The position numbers and the translations under genes are program-made. From Eledone cirrhosa (Eukaryota): DNA of 64,000 nucleotides. The notes under the pieces were generated by a model, which ran no database searches, was not told where the DNA came from, and saw only the letters and a list, made by a program, of their open reading frames with translations. This document shows, one piece after another, positions 16,070 to 29,485 of this stretch. Numbering within the stretch: the stretch's first letter is position 1; the number at the start of each line of letters is the position of its first letter. The DNA is taken from the NCBI GenBank assembly GCA_964016885.1, contig OZ024741.1, forward strand, positions 377,704,001 through 377,768,000. Reading direction: 5' to 3'.

Positions 16070-17369
16070 ATGTTACCTGACAGAATGGAAAAAAGCTTCA
16101 TCAACGAGGGATTAAAATTCACCCTACAGAACAACTTTTTTGATTTCGATGGCAATACTTACAAACAAATATCGGGGACTGCGATGGGTACAAAAGCCGC
16201 TCCAACTTCTGCCAACTTAGTCATGGCATACTTAGAAGTCCAGATATATGAACAGTCCAAATCAAAATACGGATTGAACTTCCACAAATATTTATCAGAG
16301 AATTGGAAACGCTACTTGGATGATTGCCTCATTCTTTGGTCCCACACACTTGACCAACTGGAGGATTTCAAAAACTTAATAAACGGCATCAATAACCACA
16401 TCCATTTCACAATGGAATACAGCCAAGATCAACTCCCATTTCTGGACATCTTAATCTTAAAAAAAGACACAAATATCGAAACTGACATACACTACAAACC
16501 AACAGACTCCAAACAATATCTGCTATTCACCTCCAACCATCCAAAGCACACGAAGACGAACATTCCTTTTAACCTAGCAAGAATAATTTGCACAATTGTC
16601 TCCAATTATGAAACGCGAAATAAAAGACTTCAAGAATTAAAGGAAATTCTACTCGAGAGAGAGTACCCACTATTACTAATAAATAATGGAATAGAAAGGG
16701 CTAAAGCAATAGGCATTGATGAATTACGGAAACATAAACAAATTCAAGGTACGTCCAATATTCTATCATATATCTCAACACACAACCCAAGAAATGCGGA
16801 AGCTTACAACACTATTCACAATAACATCCCACTACTAAAACAAAACCCAAGAATGAAAAAAGCCCTTGAAACACACAAAATAATCAAAAGCAAAAGACAA
16901 CCAAAATCACTGAAAACATTACTCACCAATGCCAAATTACCTACCACAAACCCACAACCAAGTATCAAAAAATGTGGTCACTCTAATTGTGGAACCTGCA
17001 CTCACCTCATTGAAGGCAACACGTATACATTTAAATCAGGACAAAATTTTACTATAAAAAAATCACTTCACTTGCTCATCAAAAAATCTATTTTATGCCA
17101 TTAAATGTAAAAGATGCAATGAAGATTATATAGGACAAACTAAACTCACACTCAGAAACAGAATGACAGTTCATCGCCAACAATTACGAGATCCAACCAC
17201 GAGACAGATACCACTAAGTGCACATCTAGACATTTGCGCAAGTAATAAGACACCCAAATTCCAAGTCTTCCCATTTTACCTTTGCGCTAACAATACAACA
17301 GTACAAATGCGAATAAATAAGGAAAATTTGTTTATTCAAAAATATTTACCAACATTAAATAAGGTTTAA
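16070..17369 (+). pseudogene. PLE reverse transcriptase (C-half) + GIY-YIG endonuclease, one frameshift near 17060
   Basis: YKQISGTAMGTKAAP, WKRYLDD, LPFLD, HYKPTDSKQYL..SNHPKH, CGHSNCGTC; then YAIKC..C.EDYIGQT and HLDIC..KE.LFI..LN. Confidence 0.9.
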
Positions 17370-18704
17370 TATACATTATGTCAAACCATAATATGACATA
17401 CACACACACACATAACACCTTCTACTTTAGAAAATAAAAACCCGAACTAAATAAACCTTAACATACGTTTGCACTGACAATACAACAGCAAACACGAATA
17501 AGTAAGGAAAATATGTTCATTCAAAAATATTCCTACTAAAGGAATCACTTTCCTACACACACAATATATATATATATATATATATATATTCTCTTCATCT
17601 TAACATGCTAACCATACTCCCACACACATAACACCCATACACACACATAATAACCCCCACACCCAAACTCCCTCCCCATTTCTACTAATAGAACCACTTT
17701 CCTACACACATATATATACACACACACAAAATATATATTCTCTCCATCTTAACATACTCGCACACACACACATAACACCCATATACACACACAACTCCCT
17801 CCCCCATTTCTACTAATAGAATCATCTTCCAATACACACATACACACACACACACTTACACACACACACACAAGCACACAAATAAACATACATATCTTCA
17901 CTTCAATAGAAAATCTGAACTCTGACACCCCAGCGAACTAACCATATTCACTGAACCAGAACAATCCCTTTTCTCTTGACCACTATCTGTCCATTGTCAT
18001 AACATTCGCTATAAAGACTACAGAATAGTTTTCCAAATAAGGGCGCAAAAATGTAATGAAAACTTGTTCACGTGACAGCCAAATTTCATTTATAACCAAT
18101 CAAATCACGTTTATTAAAAAAAAGCCTTCGTGAGTCACCTTTTTCTAAAGTAAAGAAATTCAAACACACACACACACACGCACACACACACACAAGCACA
18201 CAAATAAACAAACATATCTTTACTTTCTTTATTCAATAGAAAATCGGAATTCTGACACCCCAGCGAACTAACCATATTCACTGAACCAGAACAATTCTCC
18301 CATTCCTTTCTCCTGACCATTATCTTTTTATCAAAAAATTCTCTCAAAAGGCTAGAGAATGGATTTCCAAATAAGGGCACAACAATGTAATGAACATTTG
18401 TTCACGTGACAGCCATAATTTCATTTATAACCAACCAAAAAAAAGCCTTCGTGAGCCTCCTTTTTTCAAGTAAAAAGAAATTCAAACACTCATATGTGAA
18501 AAAACAACCTGTGACAACCCCCCCCTCTTATTTGAAGAACTATTGTGACGCGAACTGGCGCGAAATTTATTATAATTATTGACAAACCAATCAAATTACT
18601 TCTCGAAAAACCTGGCATTTCGAGCCACTTTTTCCATATAAAACAAGTAACATTCAGAGACCAACCAGATGTGAGAAAAACCACAGACCCTCCATCTCAA
18701 CTCA

Positions 18705-18742
18705 CCTTTTGAAAAGCAGAAGAACTGCGAAACCGGTAAAGG
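18705..18742 (+). ncRNA. Hammerhead ribozyme, U3-A8 core variant
   Basis: CCTT-TTGAAAA-GCAG aagaa CTGC-GAAA-CCGG-TA-AAGG, then AATAAA at 18748. Confidence 0.7.
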
Positions 18743-18873
18743 AACCAAATAAATATATATATTTTTAAAAAAAATAAGACTCCAGTTGCATTTTCGATTT
18801 CATCTCTTTTTCTTTATACTTTCACTCGTGTAGGACACCTCGGTTATTTTTCATTTTGTAAAAAAAACCTCAC

Positions 18874-18915
<42 letters not shown>

Positions 18916-18929
18916 ATAATAATAAAATT

Positions 18930-18958
18930 GAAGACTTAAACTTTAATCTGTTATTTTA

Positions 18959-19019
<61 letters not shown>

Positions 19020-19875
19020 GAAAGGATGAATATAAAATGAAAGTGCTTTTGTTAAAAAAGGAATCTATTAGGTATTGACATATGTTTCTGTAACAGACCG
19101 AATACCTATGTATCGCTGCTTGCGTAATCATATAATGTTAGCAAGTATTCGATAGCAAATGTATAATCAGTTGTCACTTCTTCAGAGATTTTGGATAAAC
19201 TGGATAAAATCAGAAAAATTGAAGTATTTATATTAGTAAAAGAGGAAGGAACAGAGGGGATAGAATATGACAGATGGTAAAATAATTTACTGCTAAACAA
19301 GTATATAATGGGTTTTTAATGAGAATACCATGAGTAAATCTAAATAAGAATTTTGGGGGTGCCGATTTTAATCTCTACTTGACCAACTGGACAGTGGACA
19401 GGGCTGGTCATTTGGTGCAGTATTATTAATCATAAAGTGTCAATTGGGGAAGGGGGAGATTTCGATTGCTACTAAATAACATCAATGCTAGTGGTCAGCT
19501 GGTATTTGCTCTAGGGAATTGAATCAAAAAATCAGAAATCTCATTTTATCTATAGCAGTTTGTATTAAAAGGTAAATAATAGAAGAGTTGATAGAATTAA
19601 GACTAATAAAGAATGTTCATATCTATTTTGACAATCAAACGGGGATAGAGACAGGCGTTCAATCCTGGTAGTATTTATAATATGAAAATGTAGATTTTAA
19701 GCGATGGTTACAGTATAACGATCGCTCTATTCTGTTATTTAATAAAATGTTTTTGGATTTCATAATACAAAATAATTCTACATTACATAATCTACAAAAT
19801 TCCTGTCCATTGGAATATGGGGGGGCAGTCGCTATTATATCCCATTTTAGGTGAAATTGTTGGTTAATAACCTGA

Positions 19876-19880
<5 letters not shown>
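18930..19880 (-). mobile_element. Naiad-like PLE 3' fragment
   Basis: Minus strand ~19860-19720 reads FTLKWDIIATAPPYSNGQEFCRLCNVELFCIMKSKNILLNNRIE (GIY-YIG end). (TA)n flanks. Confidence 0.7.
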
Positions 19881-19942
<62 letters not shown>

Positions 19943-20013
19943 TGTATGTATATTATATTAGAGTGGGTAATAGGAAAAAGTATATATATATATATATGAA
20001 TGTATGTATAGTA

Positions 20014-20224
20014 TAGTAGAGTGGGTAATAGGAACAAGTATGAACCCGACGGCAGAGCTCAAACCCTTACGACGGCTATTTCTGGTGTCCAGAAATAGCC
20101 GTCGAAACGGCTTGAGCTCTGCCGTCGGGGTCATACTTTTTCCTATTACCCACTCTACTAACATAAGTTTTGAGTACTCTGGTGCGTTATGGCCCATCTG
20201 GTTCCTTACCACAATTCCTTCGTT
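20014..20224. mobile_element. Fold-back solo pLTR (147 bp hairpin + ~64 nt tail)
   Basis: Arms 20014-20085 and 20089-20160 are reverse complements with a few mismatches; loop TGT. Confidence 0.85.
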
Positions 20225-20374
20225 ATATATATATAGGTGTGTGGGGGGAGGACCGTATATTTATATATATGTATGAATATATACATGTCTATATAGAAAT
20301 AAATATATATATATATTTATATGTACACAGACACACACTTACACACTTACACACACATACACACACATACACAC

Positions 20375-20431
<57 letters not shown>

Positions 20432-20522
20432 AATATATATTTAGATACATTATATATATATATATATTTACGGGTAAAGGAAATGTTTCTTTTCCTGATA
20501 TATATATACATTTATATATATA

Positions 20523-20608
20523 TTGTTATGCTTTGGGAGGGCCATGTTGCCAATAAGAAACACACGCACTGGTCTTATTGGCAACATGACCCTCCCAAAG
20601 CATACCAA
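20523..20608. repeat. Hairpin made of two inverted copies of a PLE 3' terminus
   Basis: TTGTTATGCTTTGGGAGGGCCATGTTGCCAATAAGA ...14 nt... TCTTATTGGCAACATGACCCTCCCAAAGCATACCAA. Matches the terminus at 44030-44065. Confidence 0.85.
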
Positions 20609-21914
20609 TATCGGTTTCAACACACGTTTTCAGATAAAGAATTTTGTTAAACAAATTCAGAAACGAAATATATATATATATATACAATATATATACAATA
20701 CAAAGATAAATATGAGGATATTAGTGTTTTTCAAATATATTGATTTGTGTTAACCTATATTACACGGCTCAGAAATACTATTGCTTTCTTCGAGCTATTT
20801 CATTGTAAATGATCGCCTGAGATTTGAACTCATTATTATTGATTTTTCACTGCTCCTTCGTTGAGCTGATTTTAGCCCCATACAAACGGCTGTTATTTAT
20901 AGCAGCACGAGTATGAGGCTAGCTAGACACTGGATGACCGCATGAGGTTACCTCGTGCGCTAAACAGTCTTCCTAAATATTTTGAAGTGCAACATACCAA
21001 TTTTTATAGTGCTTGCTGAGGAGATCAAAATGGGGTATTTTCTTCCACTTTTTCCTTATTCGAAACATATTTGGATTTTAAGGTTTAAACCTGTCTACGG
21101 AACAGGTTTGATTTTGAAATTTAAATTTGTCCAAGCACTACGGCCATTGCCAGTACAATTTGTTTTTGTTGATTTATGATGTATTATCTTAAGTCATGAT
21201 ATGCAAACTGTAATATTATTATTAGTATATTTCTATCTAGCTAACTTGGTCATTTACAATACAAACATAAATATGAGGATATTTGTGTTTATCAAATATA
21301 TTGATTTGTGTTAACCTATATATATACATATATATATATATAGGATTGTGTGCGCGTTTGTGTCTAAATATGCTACTAATGTTCTTCTTCCTTAATTACA
21401 CTGCATGGGGATTTTTTACGGGTTAATACATTTTCTTTAGAAACAGATTGATAAAGAAATGTTTACCGTGTCAAAATATCTTAGCCCCAAACCTACGATT
21501 GCCAACATCGTATTCAATAAACATCGATATGTGTAGTGGAATGTCTTAGAAGACATTAATTATTCATATATTCCAATCGAATTCTCTTTGCCAGCCTGAA
21601 ATATCCTTTCGCAATTATGAATTATTCATTTGCCTAATTACTTTGTCTGTTATATTTCTCATGTTCTATCGGAATATTTCTTGGCAAATCTTGTAATTGT
21701 CTTGATGAAAAATATTCATTTTCAAATTTTAATTTGAAGGGTAACTATATTTTGTACAATTATATTAACATATAAATTCACTTTATTTTGAACAGGACGT
21801 AATGATTGCCAATATTTATTTCATTCTTTTTTAGGTTATTTATATCGAGATGGATGATGCTATTTAGAATTATTCACAAACAGACCACCATTCGCGCGCA
21901 AACACACATACATA

Positions 21915-21965
<51 letters not shown>

Positions 21966-21988
21966 ATATGTATGTATATATATATATA

Positions 21989-22080
<92 letters not shown>

Positions 22081-22699
22081 TTTACACTTAAATCACTCGG
22101 TAACATTCACAACATTTGAGATGCAAATAAATAAAATTAGTTCTCCTAAGTAATGTCTCTAATTAGATCTAGCCGAACAGTGAGACGTATATTCACGAAA
22201 AGAACTGTCAGAATCAACAGAACATGTTTGGTATAGCTATAAATATTTCAGTAATAAAAAGACAAACAATCTAATAATGTATTCGAAGATATATAATGAG
22301 TTTCAAATAACTTAGGATGTTCTATCTTACTTGTCAATTTGTACTGAAAATATCCAACTACCTTCACAAGACAAATTCATTAACATGTGTTGAGTATTTT
22401 GGCCTGAAACAAAAACATTTTCATTTATTTCAAAACTAATTCACAATGATTATTACGGAAGTGTATACGTCTCAGATTTATTATCAAATAAATATTTCCA
22501 TTTATCCATTTGAGACAGTGGCAGAGGAGATAGTAGAATATACAAATTTACGTATCATGAATTCTGGTTTCCAAATATTACGCTGGGCATTATCGTTACC
22601 TTTTAATAGACTTCAAGAGCATGAAATGCCACATACGACATAGAATGGATGTGAAAAAAAAAATGTCTGTGCGTCTGTTTGTGTGTATTGGTATATATA

Positions 22700-23976
22700 T
22701 CTGTATATATATAAAATTAAGTATGTGTGTGTGTCTGTGTGTCTGTGTATTACCTATAGTGGCCTACATCTTACGACCAATTTTCATGAAACTTTACAGC
22801 CTCATAGATTCGTAATGGGGGAGTGTTTTCTATATATCAGCATATCGTTTCTTTTTTATTCTGGGGTCATTCTGCAGATAAAAATCGATAGGGGTCACCT
22901 CTTTTTTAGGTATCGAAAAATATGATATTTGGCTCTAGCTCCCACAGTTTGCCACCGATTTCGTTCAAATTTTAAAGCAACATAGAATTTACCATTGCAC
23001 ATCATGTTCTGGCTGTATATTTCGCATTTGTTGTTCAGGAACGGCATGGCAGACGCTTAAATATTCAAAGATACCACTTTTAGACTCATATTTGCAATTT
23101 TTCGGCTCTAGCTCCCACATTAATCAATTTACTTTACTCAAATTTTACACTACGCTAGATCTGGTTATTTCACGTTTTGGATTTTTTCTTCATGAACGAC
23201 GTGGAGCCGCTCAAATATTCGAAAATACCACCTTTTCGCTCAAATTTCCGCCTTTTCGGCTCTAGCTTCATCATTTTTCAACCGATTTCGTTCGAATTCG
23301 AAACGTCGGCTCCACCTCACACATAAATCAATTTATTTGGTTCAACTTTCATACTACGATAGAACCTATCATTAGCTTCCACATTTTTCAACCGATTTCG
23401 TTCAAATTCGAAACTTCGGCTCCACCTTACACATACATCAGTTTAGTTTGTTCAACTTTTATACTACAATAGAACCTATCATTGCACATCTTATAGTAGC
23501 TTTACACTTTGCATTATTTGTTCAGGGACGGCGACCTATCATTAGCTCCCACACTTTTCAACCGATTTCGTTCAAATTTGAAACTTCGGCTACACTCACA
23601 CATAAATCAATTTATTTGGTTCAACTTTTATACTACGATAGGACATATCATTGCACATCTTATAGATGGTCAAAGGCAAAAGGATAGCCACTGACATCGT
23701 CTGAGCTTTTAGTTGTGTATTTCAGAATTCATCGGTTTCCAATCAAGTAGCGTGAGGAAATTTGGCTTAGTGTTAAAGGTCATTACCTCCCTCCACCAGC
23801 ATGCCCCTTCGTCAGTCACCCGCGTTTCTCAGTGATAGAGGTCATAACCACCCTCCCCCGCATGGCCTGTGTGTGGCCATAGATGAGTCATCGAGAAGCA
23901 GTCGCTAAGAACAACAACTGTTCATCAAAGAATATATTATTTTACCTACCCAGGCAACGCTGGGTACTGCTGCTAG
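22700..23976 (+). mobile_element. Non-autonomous Helitron with internal tandem repeats
   Basis: 5' TC(TGTATATATATAAAA); 3' hairpin TACCCAG-gcaacg-CTGGGTA (23947-23966) then CTAG (23973-23976); inserted between A and T. Internal ~110-170 bp repeats containing CAACCGATTTCGTTCAAATT (22930-23660). Confidence 0.8.
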
Positions 23977-24438
23977 TATATACATAAAAACAAGAAGTGT
24001 AAGTCAACAGGTTATAATTAACTTTGATTGTTCATATTCGCCGTTATATATATTTCGGTGATAACCATTATTCAACAGCTATGGCGTCATCAGACAGCTA
24101 CAACTTGAACAGAAAACACAGAGAAACATAATAATGGAACAATTTTTACCTCTATCATTTCGATCTTTTCAAATGGCCAGTTCCAACGTATGTTATTGTT
24201 TTCTCAAATAACCCCGGTGGCATATCATATTATATCTATAATCTGAGCAGATCGCGAAAAGCACATCACATGTGGATAAACGTAAAAATGATATGTTGAT
24301 ACTTAGTTCCTGCTCCATTTTATTATTTTTAACACGCTGCTTCGTATATATACCCTTTACGTGCAATACCACATCGGCAACCGGACACATATTGGAATTC
24401 ACTGTTCCCACTAATCAAACAATAGCAACAAAATGTTA

Positions 24439-24479
<41 letters not shown>

Positions 24480-24480
<1 letters not shown>

Positions 24481-24948
24481 CATAGTTAATGTAACTGGCA
24501 ATCAATGTTTATCATTCATTGACCAAAGATTAAAAATACAAATATAAATGTATATATATATATATAGTCTATCAAAGTACCTTCAGTCCCACATGTGTGA
24601 CATCATCAATGGTACTATTATGCTTCTTCCCGCTGTATTGTAATGTCTACGCCATTTTTGTAATCTCTACGCCAAAAAATGGCGTCGACATTACAATACA
24701 ACGGGAGGAATTATAATAGTACCACTGATGATGCCACAGGTATGTGACGAAACAACATTGATATAGTATTTATATATAGTTATTTTATAATCGTTGGTCA
24801 ATCAACCATACACATTGACTCTCAGCTAAATTAACTATGGAGATATAAAAAATACAGAAGCGAAAACCCATCCAAACGAAATAGTGAGTGTGTTTTAATA
24901 TTATTTCTGGCAATATTGTAACAATTTGACACTCCCCAAATATAACAA
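24480..24948. mobile_element. Fold-back solo pLTR (family of the 6677-8440 PLE) with HHR
   Basis: Diverged inverted arms ~24480-24660/24674-24840, tail to 24948. CTGATGA-T-GCCACA ggta TGTGAC-GAAA at 24725-24752. Homologous to the reverse complement of 6677-6950. Confidence 0.8.
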
Positions 24949-25077
24949 TATATATATATATATAACAATATATATATATAACAATATATATATATAACAA
25001 TATATATATATAACAATATATATATATAACAATATATATATATAACAATATATATATAACAATATATATATATATAT
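24941..25077 (+). repeat. Tandem array of 8 x TAACAA(TA)n units
   Basis: AACAA recurs at ~24944, 24964, 24980, 24996, 25012, 25028, 25044 and 25058. The unit equals the last bases of the adjacent element plus target (TA)n. Confidence 0.9.
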
Positions 25078-25420
25078 TGCAAACTTTGGGAGGGTCATAT
25101 TGCGCCAAGTGATTTTTACTTCAATTTATCAAAATTGTCCGGTAGTCGATTGCTTGCTCTATCTGTGTGTGTCCTGTTTGTTTTATTGGTTTGGGTCTTT
25201 TGATTCTCTGTATGTCTTTGTCTTCTCCTTACTTACCAGTTGTGATGTTTCTATTTGACTCGTGTTTCCTGTTTAAGTTTGAGTTCGTTTATTTTTGTCG
25301 ATTCTGTACTCTGCCAGACAATTGCGTATTTTGTTTGTGTTGATAAAATACTTACATCTATGTTCTCTCGAGTGCCCCCATTTTCAAATTTGATATGTTG
25401 TTGGAGTACTCATTTGTTCC
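25078..25420 (-). mobile_element. Decayed PLE 3' fragment
   Basis: Terminal motif ATGACCCTCCCAAAG.. abuts (TA)n. Upstream decayed EN end (QH..F..G..ENIDVSILS...ELKLKQE). Confidence 0.5.
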
Positions 25421-26490
25421 CCCCATCACTGTGATTAACCTCGTTATGATGTCATCGTAAGATGAGTTTGAAACACCGTGCTAATTGATAGTTATGTCAA
25501 CTCTCACTTATATCTTAATAGACCCGTTTTTCAGTTCCTCAAAATCCAAGCTGCATATACCATTCTGTAATTATCCGGCAGCATTAACCAGTCCACTCGC
25601 GCCATATCTACTTTCAAGGACACAATGCTTACACACATCAGTAATTTAAACTCAATCAATATTTCTGAAAAATCTCCAGATAAAATTTTATAAGTATGTG
25701 AATGTATCTTTTATGCGGAATCACATTAGTAGCAATTTCACGTATGTGCATTCCTTGTCAGATTTGAATACACAACATGAAATTAAATACTTGTATGTAA
25801 AATATTACATTTTAGTTTTCTGCACTATCAACCATATACTTATACGTTCGAAAAAACCCAAACAAATGCTCAGTAAAGGTAAACAAACTCTATTTATTTT
25901 CAATGCTAATCAGGTTTTCTCTACTTTGGTGTATTTTATTGTTTTTGTATATAAGGTATGATATTTTCTTGAATGATTCAACATTGCTACACCGAAGCCT
26001 TGATCAACGATTGGGAACAAATATTTATCTTAGTAAGTCAATTAGGTTTGTATAGGTGGTCTCGAAGTTGTGAAATTTGTCAATTGTTTTCCATGCGAAC
26101 GCCATCTTCTAAAACATTCCGAAATAAGATTATAGCTTTCAGGTATATAGCAGGAATAAATATCATTGACATCAACATAAAGGTTTTTAAATTTGGAAAT
26201 GCGATATGTTATTAGACAATTTAAGACTTAACCAAGCATATTCATTCACACAATTCAGTAATGTATTTATGCATAGCCGTTGTTCAATATAATATCAACG
26301 GGATAGTGAATAATTACTTACAGATGGATTCAAAAGAAATATAGGAGTGACAGATATACTAGATTAATTCCAGCTAAACATTTAACATAGGCAGTATCAA
26401 AATAGAAAACAAGACCTGTTTAATGTATTTGACAAATATATATATATATATATATATTATTATTATGTAATAAACAACATAAGGCAATTA

Positions 26491-26551
26491 TTCCATTTAC
26501 CAGTGGTTTCTTAAAAGCAAAAGGTTTTGCTTTCAATCCTCAGAATGAAAA
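26491..26551 (-). ncRNA. Type I hammerhead ribozyme (3' pLTR)
   Basis: Reverse complement of the 31143-31203 motif. Confidence 0.85.
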
Positions 26552-26916
26552 ATCCTGGTTTGTTTATTGAATATGGATTCGAAAAACATAAATGCAATCT
26601 ATATGAAAGTGAGGCTGGAAAAGGGAGAAGGAAAGGAAAAATAAAATAAAACTACACATTAAAACACACACAAAAAAACACAAAAGCATACTTACACACA
26701 CATATATACATATATATAAATGTACGCATACACACATACATATACACATATATATATATAAAAAGCGTACACCTACACACACATACACATATATACACAC
26801 ATATACACATTCATACATTCATACATACACACACACACACATACACACACACACACACATACACACACACATATATATACATGTTCATATATATATATAT
26901 ATATATATACATATAT

Positions 26917-26956
<40 letters not shown>

Positions 26957-27333
26957 GTGTGTACAAGCATACACATACACACACGCATATATATACACAT
27001 ACATACATTCACACAAACATACAACGTACATACATACACATACATTAATGCACTCCACTACATATTCACACACGCAAATAAATATAAGAAAAAAATATAT
27101 AAATATATATTAACAAATGTTTGACAGCGATACATGCCCCATCTAACAGGACAGACACGCGTGGTAAGTAATACACACAAAAGCACATATACATACGTAC
27201 GAAATAGTAAACACATACACACACTCTCACACATAAATATACATATACAAATACATAAACACGTACATACACATACATACACAAACACGTACACGTATAT
27301 AATATAAACACACACATGTATATGTAATTATAT

Positions 27334-27377
<44 letters not shown>

Positions 27378-27647
27378 ACAAAAATATAAAAATATAAACA
27401 CACACACACATATAAATACGTAAACACACATATACATACATAGCTAAACAATTATACACATGCAAATACGTATATATCAAAAGCACGCACAACCAAATAC
27501 AAACACACACACACACACACACATACCCACACACACACCCACACATACATAAAAATAAATAAATACACACGCACACATATACATACATACACATACATAT
27601 ACACATATATACATATACATATATATATATATATACATATACATACA

Positions 27648-27681
<34 letters not shown>

Positions 27682-27832
27682 CACACATACACGTACACAT
27701 ACACACATGCATACACATACACACACACATATACATGTGTGTATGTGTAAAGCTCAGTATTAGATAAGACAAATGAACCTTACATAAACGTATATATAGT
27801 AGTAAAGTAATAAAACCATACAAGGCAATTAA

Positions 27833-27892
27833 TCCATTCACCAGAGGTTTCTTAAAAGCAAAAAAAGTTTCCTTCAATCTTCAGAATGAAAA
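27833..27892 (-). ncRNA. Decayed hammerhead paralogue (GUG triplet)
   Basis: CTGAAGA...GAAACCTCTGGTG; mirror image of 29795-29854. Confidence 0.6.
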
Positions 27893-28256
27893 AAAGCCTG
27901 GTTTATCCACATATACATACATATACACACACAAATATACAATTATATACACACACGCACACATATATATATATATATATATATACATACATATACATAT
28001 ATATATATATATATATACACAAACATATACGTACATATATACATACATACACATATATATATACACACAAAAATACATACACATACACATAGGTATGTGA
28101 AGGGCAAAGCAAAAAGAATATATGGGGGCGGGGGGCTAAGAGGAGGTAAAAATATAAGGGGAGGTGAGGGAGAAAAAAATTTTAAATATACAAGAGTACA
28201 GAAGCTAGAATCAGCAAAATGAAAACCGTAGCAAAAGTAAAGAGCAGAGAAGGAGT

Positions 28257-29485
28257 TCAAGGCGGTTGATTTATCGTAGGAGTGTCAATCCAGTTACAGA
28301 TCAGATGCAATTTCAGATGAGGACAGCATCTGAAGATCTCAGTCTTTGAGTTAAGGCAAGCGGAAGTGGCTCTCAAGTTTAGCAAAATCCTATACTTTTC
28401 TGTGGTACACAAAGAACAATTCTTTGTGCCCCTTTGGTACTCCCTCGAATGGTCTAATATAGACCAATCAATAGAGTACGGGATATTACTATCCTTGAGA
28501 TCCCATACCTCACTTGCGAGGGCCGTTGATGTTCGTTTATCTGAGTGTTTAAAAGAAGCGACATGTGAGTAAAATCTGGTTTTAAACCTGTCCTGGGTCA
28601 TACCGACATATCGCTCACTTCTGGCTGGCTGGTTGTTGATAACTGGCGTTATCTTAGCCTCATAAACGACAGATTTTGTGTTACATTTACCCTGCAATGG
28701 GCATTCATCCGGCTTGCTGCAACTGCATCCTGGATTTATCCTCGTACGGTTTGAACTGGTGATTTTGGACTTCATGGATGGGCAACAAGAGTAGCTGATC
28801 TTAACTACATTCCTATTAAAAATCTTATAATATCTATGAATAGGAGGAAAATGTTTGTCTAATAGTTCAAGGAATTTCCTTCCTACATTAGTTTTGACAT
28901 TTAGAGAGAAGGGGTGTGTGAACCAAATAATCTTCCTTTTCCTGTTATTATGGTTAGTTTTAGGGGGGGGGGAGTAGGTAAATAAGAAATATTTTCTGTA
29001 AAACCGCTGTTCTTAAGGGCTTTATTATAATAAAGGGCGGCTTTATTAAAAATGTCTATAGACGAAGATAAGGTAGAAATCCTACGGCTAATGTTAGGAA
29101 TAAGATTATTAAAAACTATAGGGGGATGGCAAGACTCTTTGTGTATATACCTAAGATTTTTATTAGGTTTATGATAGGGTTTAAAAGAGGCAGTAAGTAG
29201 ATCAAGATTAATATCAAGAAAGTTAGCATTAGTAAGGTTCGTATCTATAGTAATTTTAAGGTTAAGATTAGCAAAGGTACTAATTAAATCTTTACGGAAT
29301 TTATCAAGATTATGGCCGTTGGTGCTATGAGAAACTGCTAATCCGTCATCACGGTATAAACCGATATTATGGGACGGAAATTTCTCTTTGAGTGTGTGGA
29401 GAAGGAATAATCCTACTAAGTAGCACACATCCGCACTGTCATAGGAACCCATTGCAACATCGAAAGAGTTTTCAGGGTTTGACTT
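28257..29485 (-). pseudogene. Naiad-like RT (C-half) + GIY-YIG endonuclease, frameshift near 28960
   Basis: FDVAMGSYDSADVCYLVGLFLL, IGLYRDDGL, NFLD, PYHKPN..YIH..SCHPP; CSCSKPDECPLQGKC..VVY..YVGMTQDRFKTRFYSH, CSLCTTEK, CCPH. Confidence 0.93.

Larger units (their letters stand above)
16030..18880 (+). mobile_element. 5'-truncated Neptune-like PLE with long 3' UTR/pLTR
   Basis: RT-EN ORFs listed next; 3' tandem duplication ~17870-18135/18195-18455; variant HHR and AATAAA; ends in (TA)n. Confidence 0.9.

Noticed and set aside
22930-23660. CRISPR-like repeat-spacer array
   Set aside because: Units are long, degenerate and have homologous 'spacers'; this is a eukaryotic Helitron internal minisatellite with no cas genes.
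24100-24411. 72-aa minus ORF with Cys residues
   Set aside because: Possibly a very decayed PLE endonuclease scrap, but no motif is clear enough to call.
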